NCBI GenBank assembly: GCA_973895155.1
Contig: OZ316891.1
Coordinates: 7,061,808-7,125,807 of the forward strand
DNA: 64,000 nucleotides
Origin: Marsupella aquatica
Lineage: Eukaryota > Plantae > Marchantiophyta
Reading direction: 5' to 3'
The notes under the pieces were generated by a model. It was not told where the DNA came from. It saw nothing but the letters and a program-made list of their open reading frames with translations, and made no database searches. Positions 40,846 to 53,372 of the stretch are shown in pieces. Within the stretch, counting starts at the first letter, position 1. The number at the start of each line of letters is the position of its first letter. The translations under genes were made by a program, and so were the position numbers.

Positions 40846-41299
40846 AACTCATTCCTTGTAGCAGTTTGAGGGTACCAGACTTGGCCCGCTGACCCTATAT
40901 AATAGATTTCCAGATCGATCGACCCGATTCAAAACTTTTTTGAATCCATGATCAAAGCTCCGATTTTCTGCGTGTGCTTCGAATGTGGAGCAGCCCTTGG
41001 AAAATAGTCATGTAGCTCGTTAATCGGCATCCTTTTTCAAAAGAAAGACATGCTAGATTTTGTTAGAGAAACCTCAATAGTTCATTACTGTACCAGACTC
41101 TAGAGAGCTGCCAGAAGCAAGCTCCGCTTCTACGACAAGCTGTCATGGGAATCCCTTTGGCCGTTACTACTGAGTTGCATCTATAAAAATCTGATCATAA
41201 TTGCTTTCCAAAGATCATGATTAGGTGTATTTGTGTTTCTGCATGTCAACAACGACATACGAAGGATACTTGACAGGAGTCAAGCAATTTACGATTTAC

Positions 41300-42582
41300 A
41301 CTTACAATTGCTGTTATCACAATTGTCACCATCCTTTTTATCAATATAGTTGCACATCACTTACGGTAAATACAAGCGAAAAACCTGTGTCAAAATTCTC
41401 TGCAGCCCTCGCCTCATCATTCTCAAGCGTTACGTCCTGTGACAGCTTCGAAGCTTCGAGGCAAACCTCAACATACTCGAGGCGAGGCTTTTATTCAATA
41501 GGCCAGAGTGCTTGCACATCGTTTGGACTTGCACGGAGAGCTCGTTGCTCAACATAGATATCAGTGCTGGCTGTGGCGGGCGGGACTGCAAAGTGGGAGT
41601 CCTGATCAACACTACGACCCTCCAGTTGTCTTTCCACCATCCCCTGAACTTTTGAAACATTCCGCCATGGATACAGGGTAGATTAATATTCCCTGCCTAC
41701 TCCCGATACTTCATGACAGCAACTCTCCAAAAATCTGGCTGCTCTCAAATGCTGTCTCGAGATCCCCCAAAGGCCACGGACTATTCGCTGGATGACGAGG
41801 GCAGAGTCAGGGTTCGGACTTCCTCTAGAAATTCGTTAGAAGGCCCGTCTCCATGAATTCCGCCATGGATACAGGTGTGGATCCAATTAGAGTTCTTCTT
41901 TCTTTGCACAACCTTCTAAGCGACATCGTGACCCTGCTCGGGAGTGCGTGAGGCAAATCTTAGACCGAACAAATTGATCGACGAAGCATTCTCTCGACAC
42001 ACCTTCCACGGCTCCAGGATCTGATGGAAGGGGAAGACAAGGAGTCATACGGAACCATCGATTCCCATCGATGGGTGATTTGTGTGGCTCCTTGCCTTTC
42101 CCATCTAGCAGATCCCCAAAGTCGGGCTCATAACCTTCATCGCCCTCTAAAACTGACATGACGACGGCATCATCGTTCCTGGGCGGAACCACATGTTGAT
42201 TCTCCTGAATCGAATTCGCACCCAACAGTAATGACCCAACAGTAATGTTGAGACATTCGAAAGAGACTGTGTCCCGTTGTTGAGAAGCACAGGAGGTGCC
42301 GGAAGATATCTGCGGACGCACACGATCACTCCGGCGGTTCCTGGAAGGGCACATCTCAAAATGTCGTGGGAAAGTAGGTGGGCGAAACTCGGAGCTTCCC
42401 TTCTTCTTCTTCTTCCACAGACTTAATTCGTGGACCTTTTGGCTAATTGAGTCTGCTTTTTTCCTTTTCTCAACAACAAACCCTAAGTTTTCTAGTATCC
42501 GAGTCATGTTTTTCCTTTTCTCAACAACAAACCCTAAGTTTTCTAGTATCCGAGTCATGGTTGTGGAAGATGTGTCGCCCAA
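41300..42582 (-). pseudogene. Unidentified or decayed coding sequence, including a 231-aa ORF (41887-42582)
   Basis: 231-aa ORF with an in-frame 51-bp duplication. Further coding-like frames continue downstream with stops, and attccgccatggatacagg is repeated at ~41659 and ~41857. No family recognised. Confidence 0.25.
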
Positions 42583-44315
42583 TTTCTCAATGTACTTTCC
42601 AAAGAATTATTTTGGAGATTTCACTGCCCTATTTGTCAATGTACTTTCAAATAATAATTTTGGAGATTTCACTAGAGTCCGACTTTGGCAAGTTTTGAAT
42701 TAGAGTTTATTAGCTTCATCACCTTGATGCAACTATTCACCAAATGGAGAAGAGGGCAGAGCTTAAGTTTAGAAAAGAGAGAAGTTTAATTAGAAAGGGA
42801 CATGTTATGTTGGACAAGTAAGATAGATTTTACACTTTGTATTGTTTTTTCACAAATTCATTGTGGACCCATTCAGCGATGGCCTGAGCAATTTGGCATT
42901 CCTTCAACGGCCACACTTTGCTTTGCAGGCCAGAGTTCACAGCGTAGTTATCACAAGCAATTAGCAAAATCATGTCTTTTTGCTACATGCAACCAAATTT
43001 TTAAGTTAAGAGAGTCAAAATTCAATCCATTGCAAGTCCATTTGAAATTAGATGAATGTCTGATAAAATGAATTGTATCAGTTTGTTGAGTTCAAGTTAG
43101 GACCATAGCTAGCAATTTGGCATTCCTTCAACTACCATAAGAATACTTTGCTTTGCAGGCTGAACGGCATGTTATCAAGCTAAGAGAGTCAAAATTCAAT
43201 TTGTGGCAAGTGTATTTGAAACCAGATCAATGTTTGTTTGATTAAATGAATTATGTCAGTTCGTTGAGTTCAAGTTCGCACCATGGCTAGCAGTTCACCT
43301 TAATTGCAAAAGGCCGGAAATCTTACTCCAAGTGCCAATTACCCTTTAACAAGGAAGTTATCAAGTTAGTTATTAATCATTTTTTATTATATGAAAAATA
43401 TTTTTTAAATCTTTGAATTTAAGTTTTAAAATTGGATACGTAATCGAACGGTTACATAGTGACAGTTTTAATCGTCTTGTTCTTTGCATTTCTAATTTTT
43501 TACTGTTCTTTTTACGGCATGGCGTCCCAAAATTTACACTTAATTTGACACAAGCACGAATGAACACTATAAGTTTGATTCACAAAACTAATGAGTCTTG
43601 TTTGTTGCGGTTGTTGTTGATGTGGCACATTGTGGTGCCAGGAATTTTGGAAGGGGCCTCTCATGGGGTCCGTAAATACCCCCTTACAATGGTGGCAACT
43701 CCTGCCTGGTATCTGATGCTGGCAAATTTGGAAGGCTCACTGCAAATGTCTCGCTTTTTCTCTTCTATATTCCCTCTCCCTCCTTTTTTTTCTCTAGTCC
43801 TGGCTACCCTCCCCCTCATCTTAGTTTGCATAGTGATGCATTATTATAATAATTGCATAATTTCCCCTTGTGTCGTTTTCTCTACCTTTTTAATTGTTCT
43901 CCACTTACTCTATTTTTGTCCTTCTTTTCTCTCTGGGCCAATTTCTGGCTACCCTCCCCCTCATCTTAGATTGTATAGTCCTGCATTATTATAATAATTG
44001 CACCCTAGTATTCCCCATGTTCCCGCATCTCGGTAACTGCACATCAAAATATGACATATACGATGCACGACACCCCTGCATGCCGTGATAACCCTAGTTT
44101 TTTTCTTTCAATCAATGAATGCAGCCACATTTTGATGTGTGATTACCAGCACGGTTCCCCATGGGAGAGAAAGAAAAAGAATCTGGTATCACCCATAATT
44201 ATTGTACTTTCTAGTATAATTGTTCTAGAATCTAGGGCTTATGATGTCAGGTCTTTGGGGTTTTTCTAGTATAATTGTTCTAGAATCTAGGGCTGATGAT
44301 GTCAGGTCTTTGGCG
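42457..44315. repeat. Cluster of local tandem/direct duplications
   Basis: 51-bp x2 (42457-42558); ~45-bp x2 (42587-42673); ~225-bp x2 (42887-43292); ~55-bp x2 (43800 and 43945); ~55-bp x2 (44209-44313). Confidence 0.85.
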
Positions 44316-44329
44316 TGTCGGGGCTTCCA

Positions 44330-44422
44330 CAATATATATCACACTGCCCAAGGGCAAAAAACAACGAACCTGGAGACATGATCCCAAAGGCAAAGCAACC
44401 CAATGAAGGGAAGGAAAAGAGG
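44330..44422 (-). mobile_element. Partial copy of dispersed repeat family (3' end only)
   Basis: atatatcacactgcccaagggcaaaaaac...atgatcccaaaggcaaagcaacc...gaagggaaggaaaag is the reverse complement of 57481-57595. Confidence 0.7.
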
Positions 44423-45255
44423 GGAAAAGTCAAGAGAGGAAGGTGCACATGTGACCTGCATAGGGCTAAGTAGCTATTTTTTTCATGATCAACGGTGATG
44501 GAAGAACTTCAAAAAGATCAATGGCCAGGGATGATTCCCGCCAAGAGTGTATTTCATAAGGGGACGGAGAACTAAATCTGGCGGGATCCTGTATTATAGT
44601 TGTAGATTAATTATATACCATGACACTATAGTTGGTCCTATGTGGACCTTGTTTTGTTTGTTAGTTTTTCTGCTTTTTAAAGTTTATGACCTTTGCATTT
44701 GTCTTCTTCTTTAGAGTATTTTTTGGTACTATAATGTGGACATTGTTTGTTTTTATTCCATTGTACTTTACACCTTTTAAGTACCTTGCCACTAAAGATG
44801 TTCTAATTGACAATAGTACCACTATTTTTTGTATTTATAAAAATGTCATGGTTTTGTATATGGATGATAGGGTCGTCGTTGTTGAGCCTGGGAGGACCGG
44901 GGTGAAGCGCAACCAATCGTGCCTCGTCATGTGGCAGCCAACCAATGAGGGCCGACATTGGGTTAGCTCCTGTGGTTAAGTAAACCCAACATACGAAAAG
45001 GGGGGGGCAGTAACTAAAATAGAATGGGGGAGCAGTTAGCAATTTCAGTCACTAAGGGGGGCAGGTTAGTAAAAAATGGTTATACTTTATTAGACAATTT
45101 TTAGAAAACTGGTCCACCCTCTTCCTTCAATGGGAACCATATGACAATTTTCTTTTCAGTTCTTTAGGTGTTCATCTAAAATTAATATATAAACTTTTGT
45201 AGAGATTACTGAAAATGTACTCCAATTCATTACTTCAATACACTATTCCAATACT

Positions 45256-45599
45256 TGTTAGATATTGCTCTAGTCTTGTGACTCATGAGCTAACCACAGT
45301 TAGTCTAACTCGGGTTAGGACTTAGCTAATGTTAGCGGTAGTGCTGGTGTGCATATAGCCAGGGCTGATGCCAGACCCTGGTGGAACTTAGGCTCATTGT
45401 TACGGAGCTAGTTGAGAGATAGGGAGAGCTTGTGCTGTGGATGCTTGGTATGGCCGGTCGGCCTAGAGTGCAATAAAGCTCTTGTGTGTTCCCGTGGACG
45501 TAACCTCATGTGGAGGTGAACCACGTATCTCTCTGTGTTGACTATTGTGCGTTGGATGGTTCATGGGCTTGTTGTTACGAATGTCGTCTATGCTCAACA
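45256..45599 (+). repeat. 5' LTR (344 bp, TGTTA...CAACA)
   Basis: Near-identical to 53373-53716 (9 mismatches counted by eye). AATAAA at 45472. Confidence 0.97.
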
Positions 45600-45601
45600 A
45601 G

Positions 45602-45613
45602 TGGTATTAGAGC
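45602..45613 (+). promoter_or_regulatory. Primer-binding site complementary to initiator tRNA-Met
   Basis: tggtattagagc two nt after the LTR, one mismatch from the canonical TGGTATCAGAGC. Confidence 0.88.
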
Positions 45614-46688
45614 ATGCCTGGGAGGTGACGAGGTTTTTTCGTGACAGGTTTTTTCCAGCGTTCATTGTCGGTGGCACATTCAGAGTTTCGTCGCATGAAA
45701 CTCGAATGTGTGTGGCTGAGCAGATAGGTTAGTGAGAGGGCTTTCTAACAGTGGTTAGAACTTGCTGATCGATATCCGTGGTGCAGAGGAATCGAAGTTT
45801 GCGTCGTTCAGGTTTTATTCATGTTCGACGGGTTTTCGGGGGAGAGACGAGAGTTTGCGTTGTTCAACGGTGTGAGCTGTGCGGTGTTTGGGGGATCGCA
45901 CATTATAGCTTAAGTTGAAAGTTGAAGCAAGCTGGTCATTTTGGTAGCTGGATTGCTGCCGAGTTGTTACCGAGTGCGACGTGACAAGTGACGGAGGCAT
46001 TCAGGTTTTTTTTCACAAGCTATGGAGCTTGTTCCCATCTGAACCGGGTTTCTCTTCATGACATCCGACTCGGTGGAAGAAACGTGAAGTGCCACGGCTC
46101 AACGGGTTGATCGCGGTGAGGTGGTCGTTTTGAGCCCGGGATTGACACTTGACGTGGAGTGAAGGCGCAGCGGCGGAAGATTTTATAGTGTTGGAGTTGC
46201 AGACGGCGCCGGTGTGATTCGGCAACATATCCCATCGGTAACTCATTGTTTTCTCATTGGAAACGGCGGCGGCAAGGGGGAACGGCCCCCTATGAGCCCT
46301 GTCGGACTGTGCAGGAATATTCCCAAAAAATAGAGAGTTGTTTTTTGGCCGTCCGACAAAGAATTTCGTCTACCAAACGGTAACTTTTTTGGTTCTTTTT
46401 CGGTGAGGACGTTGCCACTGAAGTTAGCAATGCGGCGCACTAATCACATTGCAATTGCAACGATGGGTTATACTTGGTATTTTGGTTATTCTCCAAGGTG
46501 GTCAAAACGGGGGAGTTTCCCAAGGTTTTATCCACCCGGACCAAATTTTGAATAACTTTTCCGTCGAATTTTGATTTTAATTTCCACTTTCAGTATTGGA
46601 CTCCTAGCTTCGTGGGCTATGAGGCGGTGTTGAGTTTTGAGTTTTATGAGAAGTTTTGAAAAAAGATGTTTTTTTGTGATTGTTTCAT

Positions 46689-47589
46689 ATGAGTGACTCG
46701 GAGGATGCTGGAACAATTGGCGTCGGTGGAGCTTCAGGATTGCGACGGTCAGACGGAGAGTCTGAGGAGGAGCTACTCCCGTTTGAGGAGGAACTTATGA
46801 CACCGGTACGATCACCGGTGCGGCGTGCAGTGGAGGAAGCTGTGTTACTACCAGAGTTGTCGGTAGTTGGAAAGAAGAGGAAGATGGCTAGATTTGGAGG
46901 AGTGAAGTTTGAGGTGGAGAAGTACGATGGTTGTACTAACTACTTGTTGTGGGAGAAGCAAGTGAAGGGTGTCCTTCGGGCCATGGGCTTAGCTCATCTG
47001 CTTTCATCGCAAGAGCAGTATGATGGAGAGGAGGAGATTTCTGTGAGACAGTGGAGGTAGGAGCAAGTGATTGCTGTCAACGCAGTGATGCTATATCTCA
47101 AGCCGCACATCATCAAGCAACTGGATGATTATGCGGATTGCGCGTCACTATTCAAGGCTCTTAGAGAGAAGTACTACCGGGAAGATGCGTCAGACCGGCT
47201 GTACAAGAAGTCTCTCTTGATGAGCCTCAGGCTCAAGGAATGGAGCAAGATGCAGAATCACCTAGATGAGTTTGACAGTCTAGTGGTGAATCTGTCAAAC
47301 CTGGGAAAACGAGTTGAAGATGAGGATAAGGCCTTGCTTCTGCTAAGCTCCTTACCGCCGTCATATCAGGGCTTGAAACAGGTGCTCTTGTACAGAGATC
47401 TGAAGTCCATTTCGTATAATGAGGTGGTGAGCTCTTTATTGTCTGATGATGCTCAGAAGAAGTTGGGTCAATCACAGACAACATCTTCTTCTGGCACTGC
47501 GGTGAACGTGAACCGGGGGAGAGCAGCGCAACGCTCAAATGGACAGAATAGGTTTAGATCTACATCACGGGGGAGATCTAAATCCAGAG
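46689..47589 (+). pseudogene. Copia gag (UBN2/Retrotran_gag_2), one stop, truncated before the zinc knuckle
   Basis: KFEVEKYDGCTNYLLWEKQVKGVL...MQNHLDEFDSLVVNLSNLGKRVEDEDKALLLLSSLPPSY...RGRSKSR. In-frame TAG at 47058-47060. Confidence 0.9.
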
Positions 47590-50393
47590 TGTAGTAGAGT
47601 AGATATACAATAAGTCAAAATTATAGCCATTTTTTTTGTTTTTTGAAGTTCATTAATGCTTAGAGTAACTCTTTAGTGTAGAAATAATCTTAAAAGGTTA
47701 GTTAAGCAAGTTTACTACGGACGCCACTCATTTATGAAGAACTCCCTGAGTAAGTTACCAGAGGAATTATCAATACGATCGACACTCGGGACTATGTAAC
47801 CCATGGAGCGCTACGACTAACCCTAAATCTTTTGGAACGAGCTCTAGTCAATGTTCATTAGTTGGCCGAGAAGATTGAAACGCGGGAGACGGAGACTTGT
47901 TGATGACGCTACACATTTACAAAGGACGCTACTTGTAGTTAGAATGCCGCAGTGCGAACTTTTGATTTCTGTTTCTATTCCAACCTCGATGGCGCGCATG
48001 AAGGGCCGCGGAGCAAGAGCAACTACGAGAGGGGCAATACCATTTTGAACGCCAAACTCTAGACCGGTGCTTGTGGAAATTCCTGAAGTTCCGGAGATGA
48101 AGGAGAAGCTACGAGAGAATTTGGCATTGATGGGTTTGCAATTCTTACTGGATTTTCCTTGGCATGTGATTGAGTCTAGTTTATTCAGAGATTTGATTAG
48201 CAGAGAACCGGCTGTAAGATCGAAGTACAGAGCTAGACCTGTGAAGTGGACTACATCGTTGATAGCTGAAGTGTATAAGATACCAGTCAAAGGTGAAGGA
48301 TTGTGTGATCCCAATGGAGAATTGAGAACTGAAGTTGAGTCTTATTTTCAGAGAGAAGAATGGGTCACCAGGAATGGATGGAGAGTTGAGCATTGTTTGG
48401 AAACTGAAAATTTGAAACCGGTCTTAGCCTTCCTCATTCCTATTCTGAATCCTGAAGCTAGGACCAGAATTTCTTTGACATTGGCCACCACTGTGATATC
48501 TTCGCTCTCTGGTAGAAAGGAGATTAATTGGGCCCAGATTCTACATGATGTAGTTGTAAGATTAGAAAGGAAAGTCCACTCTGATTTTCGCACATATATT
48601 GCACCATACTTGGCCCACATTTATCATTACACTGACTGCTTTACAGCAGATGAGGAGAGAGTGCTACATTTAGAGTTTTTACCAGTCAGAGGGGAATGTC
48701 CACGATCACCTTCACCCCTGTCACCAGTCTCATCCCCTATTCTTAGAGAGACATTTACTACACCTCCGATTGCTGATTCTGCATTAAAGTCACCACTTAT
48801 TGCTCAACTGATGGAATTGCTCGGTTGTGAGAAGGAAGGGATTATTGGCGAGGTGATGAATTTAATTGCAGATATGCTGCCTGCTTCTCCAATTTCAATT
48901 GAAGCTTCACATGATGATGTTGATTCACCAGAGGAGACACCGTTCGACATTCCACTCGGACCTATTGCTGATGACGAGACCACCACAACAAACGTTCAAG
49001 TAGATCCTTCTTCCTCATTTACAGTTGCGACCACAATTGAATAGAAGAACCCTGCAGTACCAGATTCAATTATTTCAGCAGAAATTCAGAAGATGCCACA
49101 ATTTGTAGTTGTCGAACCGGTTGGAGTTAAAGCTCCAGGTTCCCTTGATCTGAGGAAGCAAAACCCTGTTGTAATGAATTTCGAATTCACCCAAGCTATT
49201 CAGGAATTAGCTTATCGTTTTACTGTTATGATTGATCCTGTACCACCGATTGTTCAGCGTGGAAGAGGATTGCCCTTTCTTTCCACCTATGCTTTTGTTT
49301 CTCCAGTTGACAGAATTCCCTTGTTACCGATTCATCCACGAAGAAGAGATACTTTAAATGCTACAGATATTTGGAGTTGGGTATACCATTGCCGACGAGT
49401 TGTTGCTCCTTGCCCAGCTTACCATATCGACTGTCCTTGGCCGAGTAGCTATTTCGCATGGGTTGGTCCTGATGGTGTTCCCATTCGATTGGAATCCGAT
49501 CAAGAAATTTTAGAACATCGAATGCAGTTACTCAAGTATCAGAATCTAAAGGGGAAGAACTCCAAAGGAAGACAACAGATTGCTTGGCTAGTTAACCTTC
49601 CTAAGGTTAAGATTCCTCCGCCAAAATTGCACCTTCCGCTTCGTTAAATGGACGCTACTATTTTACTCACAACGCTACGAGTAGATCTTTTTGCGGATTC
49701 ATTTTTTGTAAGGACGCTTTTCTTCTACATTGGACACTACGAGCAAAACAGTGACTTCATTTTTACAAATTTAGATTTTCTCAGAAGCACCTATTTGTTA
49801 AAGTGACCTTCCCGACCTTAGTTTAATCTGATATTTTGTGAGCATGAACCTTGTTGTTCAAGCTCCTTACTAGCAAAATTTCAGAGTCTTTTCAGTTATA
49901 TAGCTTAGTTCTTAAAATAGATATTTTATAGCATTTTAACTATTTTGCAGTTTTGCATAAAGTGCCCACTTTAGTTGTTTTTGAGGTTGAAGAGACATGA
50001 CTTTTCACTTCTCATAAATGAGGCCACTTTAGACCTATAAGTCTCATATTTTTCTTGTTTTTGAAGTAGTGAAAACTTTGTGGAGTATTGAAAACTTTTA
50101 CAAGTTTCCCTCCTTCTTTATGGTATTCCTTTGTGAGTGATACTATGAATGAAGTAAAACATATTTTGTGCAATGTGATTACTCTTGGAAGATTCCACTT
50201 GGTGCCTAAGGGATAATCACACTTTTGAGGCTTGTGTCAGATTCACTGCTAGGCTTGCTTGTTGTGACGAGATTCGCTAGCCAATCTGATTGAAAGTGTT
50301 TGAGTTTGAGAAAGATGCAAGAATCCTTGCTCATGACATTAAGTACCGCTACTTTACTTCGTTGTGTATTAGTGTTCGTTCTAAATTGCGTCA
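47590..50393 (+). mobile_element. Nested 2.8-kb TG...CA-bounded insert (solo-LTR-like, probably gypsy-derived) with internal ORF and no TSD
   Basis: Begins tgtagtagagt exactly where gag homology stops. Ends ...ctaaattgcgtca exactly where copia LWHxxLGH homology resumes. Flanking 5-mers differ (cagag / ctgtg). Confidence 0.7.
47989..49647 (+). pseudogene. Retrotransposon accessory ORF (~550 codons, two in-frame stops)
   Basis: ORFs 47851-48048, 48067-49044 and 49093-49647 share one frame. It starts MARMKGRGARATTRG; core LMGLQFLLDFPW...RARPVKWT...GWRVEHC...LAFLIPILNPE...LATTVISSLSGRKEINWAQIL...IAPYLAHIY. This pattern recalls bryophyte LTR-element hypothetical proteins (plant transposon protein / Athila-ORF1-like), from recollection and not a search. 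Confidence 0.65.
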
Positions 50394-53185
50394 CTGTGGC
50401 ACTTCTGTTTGGGCCACATGAGTGAAAAAGGTTTGGTTATTCTTCAGAAGAAATGATTACTTTCTAATTTGCAATCTTGTAAGTTGGAATTTTGTGAGCA
50501 CTGTGTGCTAGGGAAGCAGCACAGGAAACCCTTCGGAGTTGGAACTCACACCAGCAAGGAGGTACTTGAGTATATACATAGTGATGTGTGGGGTCCAGCC
50601 CCTACTCAATCACATTTTGGACGGTTATATTATGTCACGTTCATAGACGATTACTCAAGGTATATGTGGATATACTTTCTACACAGTAAGTCTGATGTTT
50701 TTGCCACTTTTAAGGAGTGGAAAGCCCAAGTTGAGAATCAGACTGGTAATAAGGTGAGATATCTTCGATCAAATAACGGCGGTGAATATAGTTCCGGGGA
50801 ATTTGGAATGTATTGTAAGGAGCATGAGATCACCCGTCATCTCACAACAAGTTATACTCCTCAGCAGAATGGTGTTTCTGAGAGGCTCAACCGAGCACTA
50901 TTGGACCGCTCGAGGAGTATGTTGAGTCAATCATGCTTACCACATGAGTTTTGGGCTGAAGTTGTCAACACTGCAGCTTATTTGGTAAATTTTTCTCCAC
51001 CAAGTTCTATTGGATTCAAGACACCATTTAAAATGAGGTACGCGCATCCAGCAGATTACCCACATCTAAAGATTTTTGGATGTGATGCTTATGTGCTTAC
51101 ACCTTCCCAGCTTTGATCCAAGCTGGAGTCCAAGTCAAAGAAGTGCATTTTCCTTGGCTATCAGAAAGGTGTGAAGGGTTATAGGTTATGGGATCCAGTA
51201 ACCTGTAAATTAATTGTCAGTAGAGATGTGTCCTTTAATGAATCCAGATCATCAAAGGAGGGGAGAGTTCGTAGGACTCCCATAATTACTAACAAGGGGA
51301 AATCTCCCATCCCGGACCGGGTTGAGGGGGAGATTAGTCATGATGTTGTTCATGACAGGAGAGATGGAGAAGCTTCGGGCTTGGAGCTGGTTCCTATGAT
51401 GGAACAAGAGGAGCAGATTGTTGTTGGGGTACCTCAAATTCAGCCAGCAGCAGCAATAGATCAGCCTGAGTCATCTACTAGAAGAACTTCCAATCATTCT
51501 ACTAGAGCTCCTACCAAGTATGGTCAATGGGCAGACTCATCTAAGCTAGATGATACTGACATTGCACCTGATGAAGATGATATGGCTTTGATCTTGGAAG
51601 AAGGAGAGCCTTCTTCGTACAGTGAGGCTTGTGCTTCAGAGTAGAAGCATGAGTGGAATGCATCAATACAGAGGGAGTTGCAATCTTTGAGTGACAACAA
51701 GACATGGGAGCTGGTGGAGCTTCCAATAGGCCAGCAAGTGGTGGACAGCAAGTGGATTTACAAGTTGAAGGACAGTCCTTCAGAGGGTGGAGATAAGATC
51801 TACAAGGCAAGGTTTGTTGCCAAGGGGTTCACTCAGGAGAAAGGAGTGGACTACAATGAGGTCTTTTCACCGGTGGCTAAGTATTTCACAATACGGATCT
51901 TGTGTCAGCTTGTTGTGTTTTTTAATCTGGTGATGGATCAGATAGATGTTGTTACAGCTTTTCTCTATGGCAACTTGGAATAGTTGATCTTCATGAGACA
52001 GCCACTAGGATTTATGAAGAAGGGCCAAGAGAACTTAGTTTGCAGATTGCTCAAGTCCTTGTATGGATTGAAGCAGTCTCTCAGACAGTGGAACAAGCGG
52101 TTTGATGATTTCATGTTTGCTCAAGGTTTTACAAGGATGGTGTATGATCCTTGTGTGTATACGAAATCAATCAAGAATGATGTGTTTGGTTTCATCATTC
52201 TGGTTATTTATGTGGATGACATGCTGATTGTGGCTAACGATCAATCTGAGGTTGACAGTCTCAAGGTGAAATTGAGTGTTGAATTCAGGATGAAGGATCT
52301 TGGTAAGGCCAAGAGGATCTTAGGGATGAAGATTTTTAGGAACTCTAAGACTGGACAGTTGTGCTTGAGTCAAGTCCAGTATGCGAGGAAAGTACTTGCA
52401 CGATTCAACATGGAAAACTGTAAGCCAGTGAGTATTCCTTTAGCTTCACATTTTAAGTTATCATCGGTTTTCTCTCCTACAAATGCTGTGGAGAAAGGTC
52501 TGATGGCTAAGATTCCTTATGAGAAGGTAGTAGGGAGTCTGATGTACTTGATGACTTGTACTAGGCCTGACTTGGCCCTAGCGATGGGCAAGGTTAGCAG
52601 ATTCATATCAAATCCAAGGAAGGTACATTGGGAAGCTGTGAAATGGATTCTCAGGTATGTGAAGGGAACACAGGACTATGGATTACTATTCGATAACAGA
52701 TCAGATAGAATGTTAGTTGGCTATGTAGATTCTGACTATGGAGGTTGTCTGGATACAAGAAGGTCTACAACTGGGTTTATATTTACTCTTAGAGGAGGAT
52801 GTATCAGTTGGAAATCTACCTTGCAGAAGTGTATATCTCAATCTACTACAGAAGCAGAGTATGTTGCAGCAGCAGAAGCAGCAAAAGAAACAATTTGGTT
52901 GGATAAGTTGATCGCAGAGATGAGTTTAGAGCATGGCAAAATGACTCTAAACTGTGATAGTCAGAGTGCTCTCACTTGGCTGCTAACCAGATGATGGATA
53001 GCAGGGTGAAGCACATTGATATTAGGTACCATTTTATCAGGGAAGTAGTGTCTAATAAAACTTTTGAGCTAGTCAAGATTGATGGAAAGCTCAATCCCGC
53101 TGATGCCTTTACCAAAGTGATTCATTTGGAGAGTTTCTCAAGACACCGTGCTACTTTGCAAGTTTTGCAGTTGTACTGCAAGTAG
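50394..53185 (+). pseudogene. Copia pol remnant: GAG-pre-integrase, integrase, reverse transcriptase, RNase H
   Basis: LWHFCLGHMSEKG, CEHCVLGKQ, IHSDVWGP, LRSNNGGEY (catalytic D to N), QQNGVSERLNR, YKARFVAKGFTQ, LYGLKQS, YVDDML, TRPDLA, GYVDSDYGG, TEAEY, KHIDIRYHFIRE. Stops at ~50454, 51114, 51642 and 51981; frameshift at ~52975. Confidence 0.95.
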
Positions 53186-53372
53186 AGTTATTTAGCAATG
53201 TGTGACTATTTGTATATGGATTACTCATTCCTGTTAGGCTACGGCTTAGTTCTAGTTAACCCTTGTGGTTTTTAGGGGAAGACCTGGTTTGATGATTGTC
53301 TAGAACTTCCCACTGAGGATTCCATATGGTAGCATTTAGTCTAGTCCCCAAGAGAAGAGTCAAGATGGAGTT

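Noticed and set aside
43413-43994. 193-aa hydrophobic ORF
   Set aside because: Non-ATG start in T-rich duplicated intergenic DNA; the hydrophobicity is a compositional artefact.
47989-49647. env-like gene of the copia element (Sirevirus-type)
   Set aside because: It lies between gag and integrase rather than after RNase H, sits inside a separately bounded insert, and shows no evident transmembrane segment.
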